Source: Octopus bimaculoides (taxonomy: Eukaryota). From it: 64,000 nt of DNA. Positions 39,154 to 51,984 of this stretch are shown here, in pieces (the stretch's first letter is position 1; every line of letters begins with the position of its first letter). Both the position numbers and the translations under genes were made by a program. Location: positions 5,005,352 through 5,069,351 of the forward strand of contig NC_068995.1 in NCBI RefSeq assembly GCF_001194135.2. Reading direction: 5' to 3'. The notes beneath the pieces were generated by a model, which saw only the letters and a list, made by a program, of their open reading frames with translations, was not told the origin of the DNA and did not search any database.

Positions 39154-40962
39154 CATGTATATATATATATGCATATATATAAACGATGACGGACTTCTTC
39201 CAGTTTCTGTCTTCCAAATCCACTCATAAGGTTTTGGCTGGCCTGAGGCTATAGAAGACACTTTACTAAAGTGGGATTAAACCTGGAACCATGTGGTTGG
39301 GAAACAAATTCCTTACCACACAGCCATCCCAGCGTGTGTTCATACATGCTGACATAGCTGTACACACAACATGTACAAATATACATACAGACTCATTCCA
39401 ACACCTATGCTTAAAATATATGTTTGCACTGAACAAATTATTGCTGAGTTCATAAAACCTAGTGACAGTGTGTGTGAGAGAGGGGGGGGGGCACAGTGTG
39501 TGTGTGTGTGTGTGTGTATGAGAGAGGGTAACAATTTGTTTGTAAGTATACAAATTGGCACGAGATCCAAATCTATTTTACAAGATCTATTTAATAGCTG
39601 TGATATCTAAAGTCAATAAAATATTATTGTTAGAAGGGGGTAGGACAAGTAGTAGGGGGCATCTGATTGCAAACAATTATAAAGAATATAATTTTTTATT
39701 CTATTTTAATTGCTTAGCAGCAACAGCAGTTAAAAGTGAGAGTAATGTGTTTTGGACTGCATGCAGTTCACTGTCCTTAGCACCGAGAAAACATCTCAGA
39801 GCCATATAAGAAGTATTAATGGAGTCGCTAGCAAGACTTCTACCTAAGCAGGTATAATATGAAAAATTTGAAGAGAAGAAGGGCAAAAATCAAAGCGAAA
39901 GCTTCAAAAAACCACCAATTCTACGATAAATACACACATGAGCAATGTAATGAATATATATATATTTATATATATTCTGGGGATGCACTTGCATAGCAAG
40001 TGACCTGATCTGAAATCGTGTGCTGGAACGAAAACAATTTTATTCTTTTATTTGTTTCAGTCATTTGACTGTGGCCATGCTGGAGCAGCACTTTTAGTCA
40101 AACAAATCGACCCCCAGGACTTATTCTTTGATAAGCCTAGTACTTATTCTATTGGTCTCTCTTTCCAAACTGCTAAGTTATGGGGATGTAAACACACCAA
40201 CATTGGTTGTCAAGCAATTGTTGGGGGACAAACACAGACACACAAACACATACATACATATACAATGGGCTTCTTTGAGTTTCCGTCTACCAAATCCACT
40301 CACAAAGCTTTGGTCAGCCCAAGACTATAGTAGAAGACACTTGCTCAAAGTGCCATGCAGTGGGACTGAACCCCAGACTATGTGGTTGGGAAGCAAGCTT
40401 CTAACCACACAAGCCATGCCTGCACCTACTAAGGGCAGTTTCTTTCAATAACAAAAAAAAAAATGACAGACTGTGATGACCCAGCCAAATCATGCCACAT
40501 AGAAAATACATGCATAAATTATGATGATGGTTAATGATAACGACTAATCAATTTTAACTTTAACAGAAGGCTGCATAAATTATGCCTTGTCATTGAACCT
40601 GATAGAAACAGAATCAACATCTCTCTCACCCGACACTCCACTATGGAAAGGGACATTGCATAGTATAGTTCTAAAATTGTCTGGAGTGGTCATGGTTGGA
40701 TAACTTTGATCATAAAGTGTTCTTCTGCTCCACTGAATCTCATCTGTTATATGACACAGATTCACAACTTTATACACAAAACTGCAACATACAGTAATCT
40801 TCAAAGTGTTGGGAAAAAAACTTCAACAACAGGATCACTGGTTGCTTTATAGAAAGACATGACTTGTGAGAAATTAAACTGCTGAGTAATGTAATAATAA
40901 CAAAAATAATAATAATAGCAACAACAAAAAATCAAAGCAATTCAGTACAAAGTGAAGAAACG

Positions 40963-40998
<36 letters not shown>

Positions 40999-41113
40999 GA
41001 GTGAGAGAGCAGCGCATGCCATCAAAGTGACACTGGGGTACAAATATATGAAGCCCAGTATACCCATCATGACTACCCGTCTGATAAGGGTACACCAGGC
41101 ACAAGCATCACAA

Positions 41114-41168
<55 letters not shown>

Positions 41169-41819
41169 GGTGGTGAGCTGGCTGAATTGTCAGCACACTG
41201 GACGAAATGGTTAGTGGTATTTCGCCTATCATTACGTTCTGAGTTCAAATTCTGCTGAGGTCAACTTTGCTTTGCATCATTTCAGGGTCAATAAGTACTA
41301 AGCAAGCCCTGGGAAGGTCGATGTAATTGACTAGTCCCCTCACCTCAAATTTCAGGCTTATTGTAGAAAGATTTATTATTATCATTAGAGCGATAAACTG
41401 GCAGAATCGTTAGCACGCCAGGCGAAAAGCTTAGTGATATTTTGTCTGTCATTACGTTTCAAGTTCAAATTCCACTGAGGTCGACTTTGCCTTTCATCGT
41501 TCTCCATGCTGGCATGGGTTAGACAGTTTGATCAGAGCTGGGATGTTGCATCAGCCTCTTCCAGTCTGATTTGGCTTGGTTTCTACAGCTGGGTGCTCTT
41601 CCTAACGCCAACCATTTTACAGTGTGTGCTGGGTGCCAGTTCCCCTTCTGAGAGTGGGCAGCAGATTTTAGAGACACACTACAAATCTACTGCTTCTTTT
41701 TAAGGAGCTTGAAAACAATACATATAGACACACATATATACATACAAGAACACACACACATATATATACACAAGCATGCACCCACACACACGTTTGTGTA
41801 CATATACACATATACATGC

Positions 41820-41856
<37 letters not shown>

Positions 41857-42263
41857 TACACACATGCATACACATGGGTATATATACACACACACACATC
41901 TACATACATATACACGCATATGTATACATACACATGCATACATACACACATACACACACACATACATACATACATATATACATACATATGTTACAAGACA
42001 CAATGCCACTTTGCATGCCCATATCATGTGATTGTTAATTAAAGAATGGGGCAGTGTCGAAATGTACAGACCCCCTCCCTGCAGCATTAAAGAAACACAA
42101 AACCTATTTGCCCTTCAATAAAACAGGGGGTGGTACATGTATACAGAACTGTGTATAGGCAGTTTGTTGAAGTAATTACAGGGAGAAGAGAAACACAGTT
42201 TATTTTCTTCTTCTACTTTAAGATCAGTAACTGTAAATGTCATATTTTACAGATTATATACAT

Positions 42264-42300
<37 letters not shown>

Positions 42301-42781
42301 CACNNNNNNNNNNNNNNNNNNNNNNNNNNNNNNNNNNNNNNNNNNNNNNNNNNNNNNNNNNNNNNNNNNNNNNNNNNNNNNNNNNNNNNNNNNNNNNNNN
42401 NNNAGAGAGAGAGAAAGAATGAATGGGAGTAAGAGAGTCTGCCGCATGTCGACCCAACAGAGGGACCAGCTATTCTATACTTGACAGTACCTTGGTACAA
42501 AGAATAAGTCCTGGAGTCGATTTCTTCGACTAAAAAAAAAGCCCTTTAAGGCGGTGCTCCAGCATGGCCGCAGCCAAATGACCGAAACGAGTAAAAGAAA
42601 GACTAAGAGTTTACGACACACCCTCACACACACAATGTGGTGTATGTGTGAGGGTGTGTCGTAATCTCATCTGTACCATTAATAAATTCTTTACAGATGA
42701 TTAACGACTAAAACAAGATTTACTTACGTCTGTGTCCGAGAAAGTTGTCAATATTGCTGAGTGCAGTAGTCATCGTGGTAT

Positions 42782-42830
<49 letters not shown>

Positions 42831-43892
42831 CGTATGTATGTATACACACGCACACACCCATATATAGGACGTCTTAAAGGAAGAGAAGAATTTCAGCCAG
42901 TATATCGATCTGGAACTCAGAGTTCGGGGGCAGGGTGGAGGGCTGGAACATTAATATCTAACGGGAGACCCTCCTTCAAAGTAAAGAAAGCTCCTTTAAA
43001 GTTTGAGAACAGACCTTTAACTTCCAACCCGCCCTACATTCAAGAAATAGGTCGAGACGGGAGTCAACGATATTATTTCATCTCGCAAATTTATACATGA
43101 AGACCCTATAAAAATCAGTGTGCATAACCTTATATAATTTTGGAATACTTACATAATATATATTTATGTATGTATGTTTGTATGTATGTACGCACAAATC
43201 TAACCCAAATCCTTTTAAAGTCGATCACTATGTTTAAAAGCGCGTCTTCTTTCGATTTTGAATTTGGTTATGAAATATTTCTTCCGTAAATAATCTAAAA
43301 TATTTATTTATGACAAAACTACAAAATTAAGTTTTTAAGTTTTCCGTCTCCTTAACACAACTTTAGTTCAGAATATCCGTTTCTAACCATCTTTCGATCA
43401 GTTACTATATATAAATCTGGCAGTAATTAAAATACACAAACACACGGATACCGAGTAATCCTTTATAATTGGTACAAGGCCTAAAATGTTTGAGGGGGGA
43501 CTAGTCAATTATGTACATCTTAACCCCTCAGTATTCGACTGGTATGTTATCGATCCCGAAAGGATCAATGGCAAAGTCGACTTCGTCGGTATTTTAATTC
43601 AGAATGTGCGATCCAATTATGGTATATTAAATATTAAAAAGCTAAACTGATATATTAGTGTCAATAATTGAAATATTAATATCTGCACTTATTGTATACA
43701 GTGCTCGGGTGCAGCACGATGCGTCGGAAAAAAAGGGGCAAAAAGAAAAGGGGACAGAAAGCTGCAGTAAGTCAAAATAACACAGCAATTATAGCTAAAT
43801 TCACATGGATGATAGAACAGGATATAGACATACAATCGAGAACAGACATATAATTATTTAGACAACAGAAAGAAAGGCAGCAGTTTACTTAC

Positions 43893-44024
43893 AGAGGCGC
43901 CAAGGATGATGAAGGCATGAGCGTGGCTGGAATCGGTGCAAGCCTGCACGGCTCCAAGAAATTGTTCATAACATTCGGTAGCAGAGACATGGGGTATGCC
44001 CGGTTCCCCATCCTGATTTTGCAT
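43893..44024 (-). CDS. G6PD: Glucose-6-phosphate dehydrogenase, first coding exon (exon extends to acceptor at 44040 with 16 nt of 5' UTR)
   Basis: Minus strand: ttcttcag|tgcccgtttctaaaac ATG...GGC GCC TCT|gtaagt; MQNQDGEPGIPHVSATECYEQFLGAVQACTDSSHAHAFIILGAS; joins in phase 0 to GDLARKK, completing the GASGDLA dinucleotide-binding motif; absent from the ORF track. Confidence 0.9.
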
Positions 44025-44199
44025 GTTTTAGAAACGGGCACTGAAGAAAAAACAAGATGTTATTAAAAGTTTATTATTGTTGTATGTGGGACAGCAGGAT
44101 ACGGTAGTGAAGTTCACTGTATACCCTAACGATTTATATATATTGGTGTGTGTATATATAGATATATAGATAAATAGTTGAGTGCGTGTGTTAATAAGA

Positions 44200-45320
44200 G
44201 AAATAAAATAAAGTGGAGAAGAGAATTATGGTTGAGGCAGATGTGAGAAAATTGTGTTGAAATGAAGGAGAATGTTTTTATATAGGAGGATTATAAAGAG
44301 AGGTGGGAGAGGAAGAGGGAGAATGAAAGTAGGAGGTGGATTGATAGAAGGACAGAGGGTGTGAGAGAGGGGGGAGAATAACTAAGGGTGTGGTGAGAGA
44401 GTGATAGTGATTAGAGAGAAATGGAAAGAGAGGCAGACGAGTGAGAGAAAAAAAACTGCTTGTATTTGCGAGTGTGTGTGTGTGTGTGTGTGGTTCGTGT
44501 TCGTGTGTGTGTGCGTGTTTGTGTATCAGCGAGAAAGTTAATGAGTGTGAGTGACAGAGAAAGTTAGATATCAAAAATGTATAAAGATAAATAAATAAAT
44601 AGACAGACAGACAGATAGATATACAGGCAGAGGTAGATAGATAGATAGATAGATAGACGGATGGATGGATGGATGGATAGATGGATAGACAGACAGAGTT
44701 TTACCAGAGGAAGAAAGCGAGAAAACCAATAAAAGATATTGAGAGAATAAGGAGGTGGTGAAAGTACTTGAAGTGATACGAGAGAAGAAGTTAAGACGAT
44801 GATGGAATTAAATTAGGATGTGAGGAGAGAGAGATAAGGAAAGTAAAAGAGGAATTCAGAGAAAGAGTGAGAGAGTGGAGGAGAGAGAGAGAGAGGGAAT
44901 AATGATGAAGATAAAAGAGTGAGTAATATAAAGAAGGGGTGCGGTTAGACAGAAAGATATGATGAGAGAGGGAAGGAAAATTAGATAGAGAAAAAATTAA
45001 GGTAAAGGTAGATGGGAGAGAGAGACAGAGAGAGGGAGGCAGATTGAAAGATATAATGATATTTATATGAAGAGAGAAAAAGAAAGAGAGAGATATAGAC
45101 ACGGAGAGAGAATGTAAATGAAGAACAGACTGATACAGGGAGAGAGACGGAGAGAGAGAGTCAGAAAGCAGGAAGATGTAAAGATGTTAGAGAGAAAGAA
45201 AGAGAGAGTGAGAGGAAATAGACGGAAAGTTTTGTGAAGAGAGAAGGAGGGAGGGAGGGAGGGGGGAGAGAGAGAGAGAGAGCGAGAGACGCACAGACAG
45301 ACAGAGACATTGAGAACAAT
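44200..45320. repeat. Degenerate (GA)-rich purine tract
   Basis: About 1.1 kb dominated by A/G on the plus strand, with GATA/GGAT/GA microsatellites. Confidence 0.75.
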
Positions 45321-46200
45321 AGATATCTGCTGTTTAGTGTTAGTTAGCTTCAGTTCATTTCAGATCCGGCAGGTTTACAATCGAAGGCATTCCAATCGTG
45401 ACTATCTTATCTTGTTAAAAGATATCAAGGATTGACCATTACCTAATGTCTTTTCCTAAGGTATGATTTGAGGGTGAACGCGTTGGTATTTCAGGCAGAT
45501 CGAGATCGACGACCACCCATTTAGGTAAACGTTGATGTTCCGAAAATGGAGTTCCCCCGAAGGATTTCTGAAGTCTCTCCATGTTGAGTTGTTGCTTCTC
45601 TGCAATGAGAAATCATGACCCCAGGACTACAGACATAGGAATAGAAATTTTACAGGAAAGAATCGCAAGACGGATTCTTCAAGACGAAGCAACTGTCAGA
45701 ACGCCTTAGAGTAGAGCAAAAACGAGAGTAGGCTTACGACCAAGGGCATTCCAGCTGTGACTATCCCGTCTTTTTTTTCTATGCTCAATGAACCAAAGAT
45801 ACTAGGAGAACGTGATTTGAGGAGAAGTTGCAGTTATTTCTAGCAAGTCAAGGAATCACCTAGAGACTTTTGTTCCTACATTCTGCAGGACAGAAGATGC
45901 GGTGGCGTAGCTAGAGTGTGTGTCGCTCGGGGCAACCCTTATACAGCAGACCCAAAAGTATCGCTTCCCATAAAAGCATCGCCCATAGCAGACTTCCCCA
46001 ATCGCCGTTCTGCTACCTACGCTACTCAGAGGATATATCCAACAGAAAATTTGAGTACACACACAGATTACACAGTTTGGTAATCTACTCTGTAATAAAG
46101 TCTGTTTTTCTTTTATTTTTAATAAAAAAGCAACTTGGTAACCAGAACTAAACAGCCACGACCTTGGGAAGTGACCAAAAAGACTAGTTTTTCTACAAAA

Positions 46201-47240
46201 TTCGAGGATTATAACTGAAAGTAATGCAAAAGAGGGTATAGCATTTTTTTTTATTTGGTGACAAAGGTTGTTCACGTTGCACATGTTAGTAGAGTTATCT
46301 TTCCTTCTAACAAAAATCCTACTTAACAAAATCTCCATCACAGGCGATGCACACGCGACATCTTTGGGACCAACCCGCGAATCTTCTTTGAAAACAATTC
46401 AGGTACGCACTGTTCAATCCACTTCTTCACAGCCATTTTTACCTCGTCTGTATTATGAAATCGTTGCCCCCGAAAAACTGTCCTTTATTGGGCCGAACAG
46501 TTGAACTTAGGAGGACGCCAGATTCGGGCTGTATGATGGATGGGTAACCAATGACCATGCAAACTCGCCGATTGCCTGGTTTGTTGCCAAAGATGTGTGG
46601 CGATCATACAGTCATGGTGAAAGTGGATAATCTTCAGAGCCTTGTATCGATCTCTTCCTTCTAAAGGCTTGTTTTATCTTTTTTGAGTGTCTCAGTTTAC
46701 CACTTGCTTTTCCTAGTAGAGCCACGTTCCAGAAAACCAAGGAGAAGGACGTCCTTGTCATTCCCTAAAGTAATCATCGCTGGCTCTTGAACCTCTTAAA
46801 CTGTGGGAAAGAGGTGTGCCGCTCTTCCATTGCCTGAGACTTCCTCCCCAGGACATAAAGATACGGGCTACGTTTCATCCCGTCACTTGTTCGGTAAATA
46901 AATTAATAAATAAACGTGTCTTCATTGGATTCCGGCAGATTTCCAATTTTTCTCCTTCAAATCGAGTGTCTGCCATCTTTTGTAAAGTATCACGACTATA
47001 GTTCTGTTGCATAGAAACCTCACGTATTATGACTTGTCTATCCACACGAATCAATTCATTCACTCGCTCGCGATTCCTGTCAGTGAACGCAGTTGATGAT
47101 TGCCCATTTCATGTTTTTCCACTTCTTTAAAATTCTTTATCCATCTATGCACATTGCTCCTGTCAATGGTGTTATCTCCATAAACAACTTGTAGCCTTTT
47201 GTGGATGTCGGACAACCTGCGACGCTCCTTCATCAATAAC
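46201..47240 (-). mobile_element. Degenerate mariner (Tc1/mariner) transposon, transposase pseudogene
   Basis: Frameshifted minus-strand segments: DIHKRLQVVYGDNTIDRSNVHRWIKNFKE, NRERVNELIRVDRQVIIREV, VTG(D)ET, FHHD, HPSYSPNLAS, GQRFHNTDEVKMAVKKWI, CIACDGDFVK*; TIR-like end near 46201; a SINE occupies the 5' end (about 47245-47430). Confidence 0.85.
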
Positions 47241-47664
47241 TTAATCCTTTCTACTCTAGGTACAAGGCCTGAAATTTTTTTTTGGGGGGGGAGACCAGTT
47301 GATTACATCGACCCCAGTGCGTAGCTGGTACTTATTTCATCGACTTCGAAAGGATGAAAGGCAAAGTCGACCTCGGCGAAATTTGAACTCAGAACGTAAC
47401 GGCAGACGAAATACCGCTAAGCATTTCGTCCCGGAACCAATTGGTTAGGAAGCAAACTTCTTACCATACAGCCACTCCTGCTATTATAACTGATCGTTTT
47501 TGTTCGTTTGTTTTTCAATTTTTTTTTCATTTACAAAAGAAATTCATAATTTTTTTAAGCCACTCAACAACTTGTTAATGATGGACACATAGCATAAAAA
47601 AGTTCGTGATATCCAGTTAAACGCAACTCAATATTTGCAGCAGACCGAAGAGAGAAAAACTTCC

Positions 47665-48587
47665 NNNNNNNNNNNNNNNNNNNNNNNNNNNNNNNNNNNN
47701 NNNNNNNNNNNNNNNNNNNNNNNNNNNNNNNNNNNNNNNNNNNNNNNNNNNNNNNNNNNNNNNNNNNNNNNNNNNNNNNNNNNNNNNNNNNNNNNNNNNN
47801 NNNNNNNNNNNNNNNNNNNNNNNNNNNNNNNNNNNNNNNNNNNNNNNNNNNNNNNNNNNNNNNNNNNNNNNNNNNNNNNNNNNNNNNNNNNNNNNNNNNN
47901 NNNNNNNNNNNNNNNNNNNNNNNNNNNNNNNNNNNNNNNNNNNNNNNNNNNNNNNNNNNNNNNNNNNNNNNNNNNNNNNNNNNNNNNNNNNNNNNNNNNN
48001 NNNNNNNNNNNNNNNNNNNNNNNNNNNNNNNNNNNNNNNNNNNNNNNNNNNNNNNNNNNNNNNNNNNNNNNNNNNNNNNNNNNNNNNNNNNNNNNNNNNN
48101 NNNNNNNNNNNNNNNNNNNNNNNNNNNNNNNNNNNNNNNNNNNNNNNNNNNNNNNNNNNNNNNNNNNNNNNNNNNNNNNNNNNNNNNNNNNNNNNNNNNN
48201 NNNNNNNNNNNNNNNNNNNNNNNNNNNNNNNNNNNNNNNNNNNNNNNNNNNNNNNNNNNNNNNNNNNNNNNNNNNNNNNNNNNNNNNNNNNNNNNNNNNN
48301 NNNNNNNNNNNNNNNNNNNNNNNNNNNNNNNNNNNNNNNNNNNNNNNNNNNNNNNNNNNNNNNNNNNNNNNNNNNNNNNNNNNNNNNNNNNNNNNNNNNN
48401 NNNNNNNNNNNNNNNNNNNNNNNNNNNNNNNNNNNNNNNNNNNNNNNNNNNNNNNNNNNNNNNNNNNNNNNNNNNNNNNNNNNNNNNNNNNNNNNNNNNN
48501 NNNNNNNNNNNNNNNNNNNNNNNNNNNNNNNNNNNNNNNNNNNNNNNNNNNNNNNNNNNNNNNNNNNNNNNNNNNNNNNNNNNNNNN
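47665..48587. other. Assembly gap (largest of several; another at 7263-7993)
   Basis: Run of N; all poly-X ORFs in the track are artefacts. Confidence 1.
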
Positions 48588-50712
48588 TCTATCTCCATAA
48601 AAAAAAAAAGTGAGTGACAGTCCCACAACAGTAATTCTCAACATTTTGGTTTTCTTTTAATGTCTTAGAGAGAAGGACATCGGATCTGTTCAGTTTGGCT
48701 TACAAATTTTTTTGGTCAAACTGAGTAAAAAAAAAAAAAAAAATAGTGCAATAGGTGTACAACCGCATGCTCGGGTCAAACACTTTAGTTTGACCGATTA
48801 AAAATTTTTTTTAACTGAACAGTTTGAAACTTCCTATACTGGTGGAATGTCTCACACAGAACACGGTCTACTTTGAACATTTATGACAAAATTTGGTATT
48901 TTAGAAGTTATTTCGCGTTAAAGTTGTCGTATTTGGGTAATTTCAACCAATCAACGACGTGTATTCAGTTGAAGAAAGCTGCTGCTGTTTCCTCTTCGCC
49001 CTTTTTAAGAGGTTTCCAAAACTGGTGGGAAGAAGGGAGAAAGGTTTCCTCAAAACATGGCCTAAGTGCATGTAACTGTATGATTTCCATTAAGACACAC
49101 ACGCACCAAGCGGTGGTGCTAAACTGGGGGTGGGGGGTGAGATTAAGTCTTTAACCTGACGTCAAATAAATTAGACACAAACAGTGTCCAGTTTCCGTTT
49201 ACCAAATTTCATTCAGTTTTGGTAGACAAGAAACCAAAAGCAAAAGAATATCTTGTCCAAAGTATGACGTCGTCATATCGTCGGATCGGATGAGAAGTAA
49301 ACTTCTTAAACACACAACGTCTGCACTTATCAACGAACACCAACAACCCAACCTAACGAAGAAACATCACGAAATGGGTTTCGTGAAAAGAATTCTAAGC
49401 TTCAAGATAAACGTTTTTTTTTTTTTTTTGGTGGGAGGGCATATCTACATAAGTGGAACCCACCACCGATTTTGTTTCCTCATAACTTCAAGAAAAAAAT
49501 GTATATTTTTTAATGAATCTTTTTACAAATAGTCTCCAGATGGTGTAGATTCCAATCATGCCTGAATTTGTTGTGAAAAAGAAAAAAATTCCGGAGTTGG
49601 GAGAGGAATTTCTGGAAATTCACATGAATGGGTCTTGTTTCCTGATAACTTTCAGAAAAGAAAAAGGAAACGGGTATTTTTGAGTGAAACTTTCTACAAA
49701 TACCGTTCAGAGTGTGTAACTTACAATTATATCGAAATTTAATGCAGAAAGAAAAATGGTGAGCAAACGCACACAAACACACACATACATACATACCGAT
49801 ACACATCACGGGACTGTGTAGTCAGCTGAGAGGTCAGAGATGGAGAGTCAGAAATGCTATTGACTGTGAGCAAGCCCAACGAGACGCATGAAAGTATGTA
49901 TGTATATATGAGTGTGTGGATGTATGTGTGTATGCATTTATGCATGTATATTTGAATATATGTAAATTGGAGCGATCTTTGAGGCTTTGTGCCTCACTTT
50001 CACTTTTGTCTGCAACAAAGATAAAACTGAAAGTAAACAATGACTGCCGTAAGAAAAAATATTTTCGCTAATCAACTAACTGGTTGATCAGTAGTTAATA
50101 AGGTCCATCCATCACAGCAATGGTTTCCGAGTTTATCTAGCTGCAGAAACCTGAAATACCACGGAATATCCGTGGGAATTGGGCTGGTTACACGAAAGAA
50201 CAGCTGTGCCGGTGTATTCCCGGTAAAGGAAGACAAATAAAACAATGTCCTGACTGACATCAACCAGATATATCATTATCAGCCAGCTACAGTCTATCAA
50301 TAAATATACAGAGATTGATATAAAATATAAATCATCGTGATACAAAAAGAATAAGGAAGAAAGTCAATATTTAAACCTCGTTTACCTTTCTTTTATAATT
50401 TCCTCGTCCACTGTACACGGTAAGAAAATGGGGCGGTTTTATGAAGCAGTATCCCCGGTAAAACTTATGTCCGGCCGGATATATTGTTATAGCAAACATC
50501 TTTATACATTTATTTATAAATTTATTAATATAATAGGATTATTAATATAATAGGATTATTGACATTTTTTGCTTGCTTCGTTCTTCTTTCCTTCTTCATC
50601 GCAGAATCTTTGTGAAGATCCAGTGTTATCGTAAACATGTTACTCTAACCGAAGGATATTCGGCTTTTATATTCATTCATAAATGTTAAGTCGATATGTC
50701 GCATTAACCCCC

Positions 50713-50792
<80 letters not shown>

Positions 50793-51153
50793 CTCTCTCT
50801 CTGTCTGTCTGTCTGTCTGTGGAGTGCTCAGCCACTTGCACGTTAATTTCACGAGCAGGCTGTTCCGTTGATCGGATCAACTGGAACCCTCGACGTCGTA
50901 AGCGACGGAGTGCCAACAACAACAACACCACAGTGTTTGATACTCTCACCTTACTGGCTCCATATTGGCTTTTGTTTTTTAGTTTTATTTATACTCTCAG
51001 AAGTTTCCCTTCTGAGATCAATTGCGTTTTTCTTATTTGTGTTGGGTAACTGTTGCTATTCCGAAAATCGAAGAAAGGGGTAATTTAAACATTAAAATCT
51101 TGAAAGAAAAGTCTTTTTCAGCATGGTAATCATCGCATTGTTTGTACACCTTA

Positions 51154-51759
51154 GGGATCTTGTTCAAAACGGGGGCACCAGTATTTTCTTAACGAAACAC
51201 TTTGAAACTTGGGACACTGGTAGAATGTGTCATATAAAACATCTTTTTCTCTTAGTCTTCTTAACAAAAAAACGTACATCGCAAGTTATTTCATGTTAAA
51301 GTTGTCGTATTTCTGTAATTTCAACCAATGACTGACGTCCATTCAGCCGAATGCATTAAATGCTGACTACGTAAACAAACGATTCTCAAACGATTCTGGC
51401 GGTGATAAAATTATTATTTCCTTGTCAAAAAATGGCTGAAGCATATTGGCNNNNNNNNNNCAATGTTGTACACATACAGTTCAGGCAGATGTTAACGAAA
51501 TTATAAATGGAGATTAAATACGCTTTACACCGCTTAAACTGCCAAAGGAGCAAGTGTAAACAGCTGAATACTTGTCAGTGATTGGTTGAAATTATCGAAA
51601 TAAGACAATTTTTTACATGAAATAAATTCGAATACAAAAATTTTTTTCTGTTCTATAACACAAAATAGATAAGTATACGAAGTTTGAAAGTCTTTCGGTA
51701 CCAAAAACACTACATAAAACATTAATGAAAACTGGTGCCCCCGTTTTGAACAGGATCCC
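51154..51759. mobile_element. Fold-back MITE with 29-bp terminal inverted repeats
   Basis: GGGATCTTGTTCAAAACGGGGGCACCAGT (51154-51182) vs its complement at 51731-51759 (1 mismatch); internal arms are also complementary; related fragment at about 48810-48975. Confidence 0.75.
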
Positions 51760-51917
51760 ACCTTAGACTTTATATACTGCCAAAGTGTCTTTCACTGTAT
51801 AAGGCGTGAAAGTCGAGGGAGATTTTGCTGTTATTTCTAGCATGTCGAACGGCCACCTGGAGGTCTCTCACTCCGCCACCTTGCGTCGTCTGCTATTTGT
51901 TTTTCCAGCATATCTCT

Positions 51918-51984
51918 ACGCATGCGCAAATGAAAGGAAAGAGTTTAAAAACTTCCGGAAAGTTGGTGTCGGTTTTTCCGGAAA
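51918..51984. promoter_or_regulatory. Candidate bidirectional housekeeping promoter between G6PD and TAF11
   Basis: NRF1-like ACGCATGCGCA (51918-51928) and two palindromic ETS cores TTCCGGAA (within 51951-51960 and 51975-51984); donor GTAAGT at 52057 suggests a non-coding TAF11 exon 1. Confidence 0.6.

Noticed and set aside
42860-43100. ORF tail ...IGRDGSQRYYFISQIY as a Penelope GIY-YIG C-terminus
   Set aside because: Resemblance too weak; no GIY/YIG or RT motifs nearby
1243-48644. Numerous ORFs of poly-X, YIYI, THTH, CVCV, poly-I/N/S/L
   Set aside because: Translations of N gaps and di-/trinucleotide microsatellites; no coding signal
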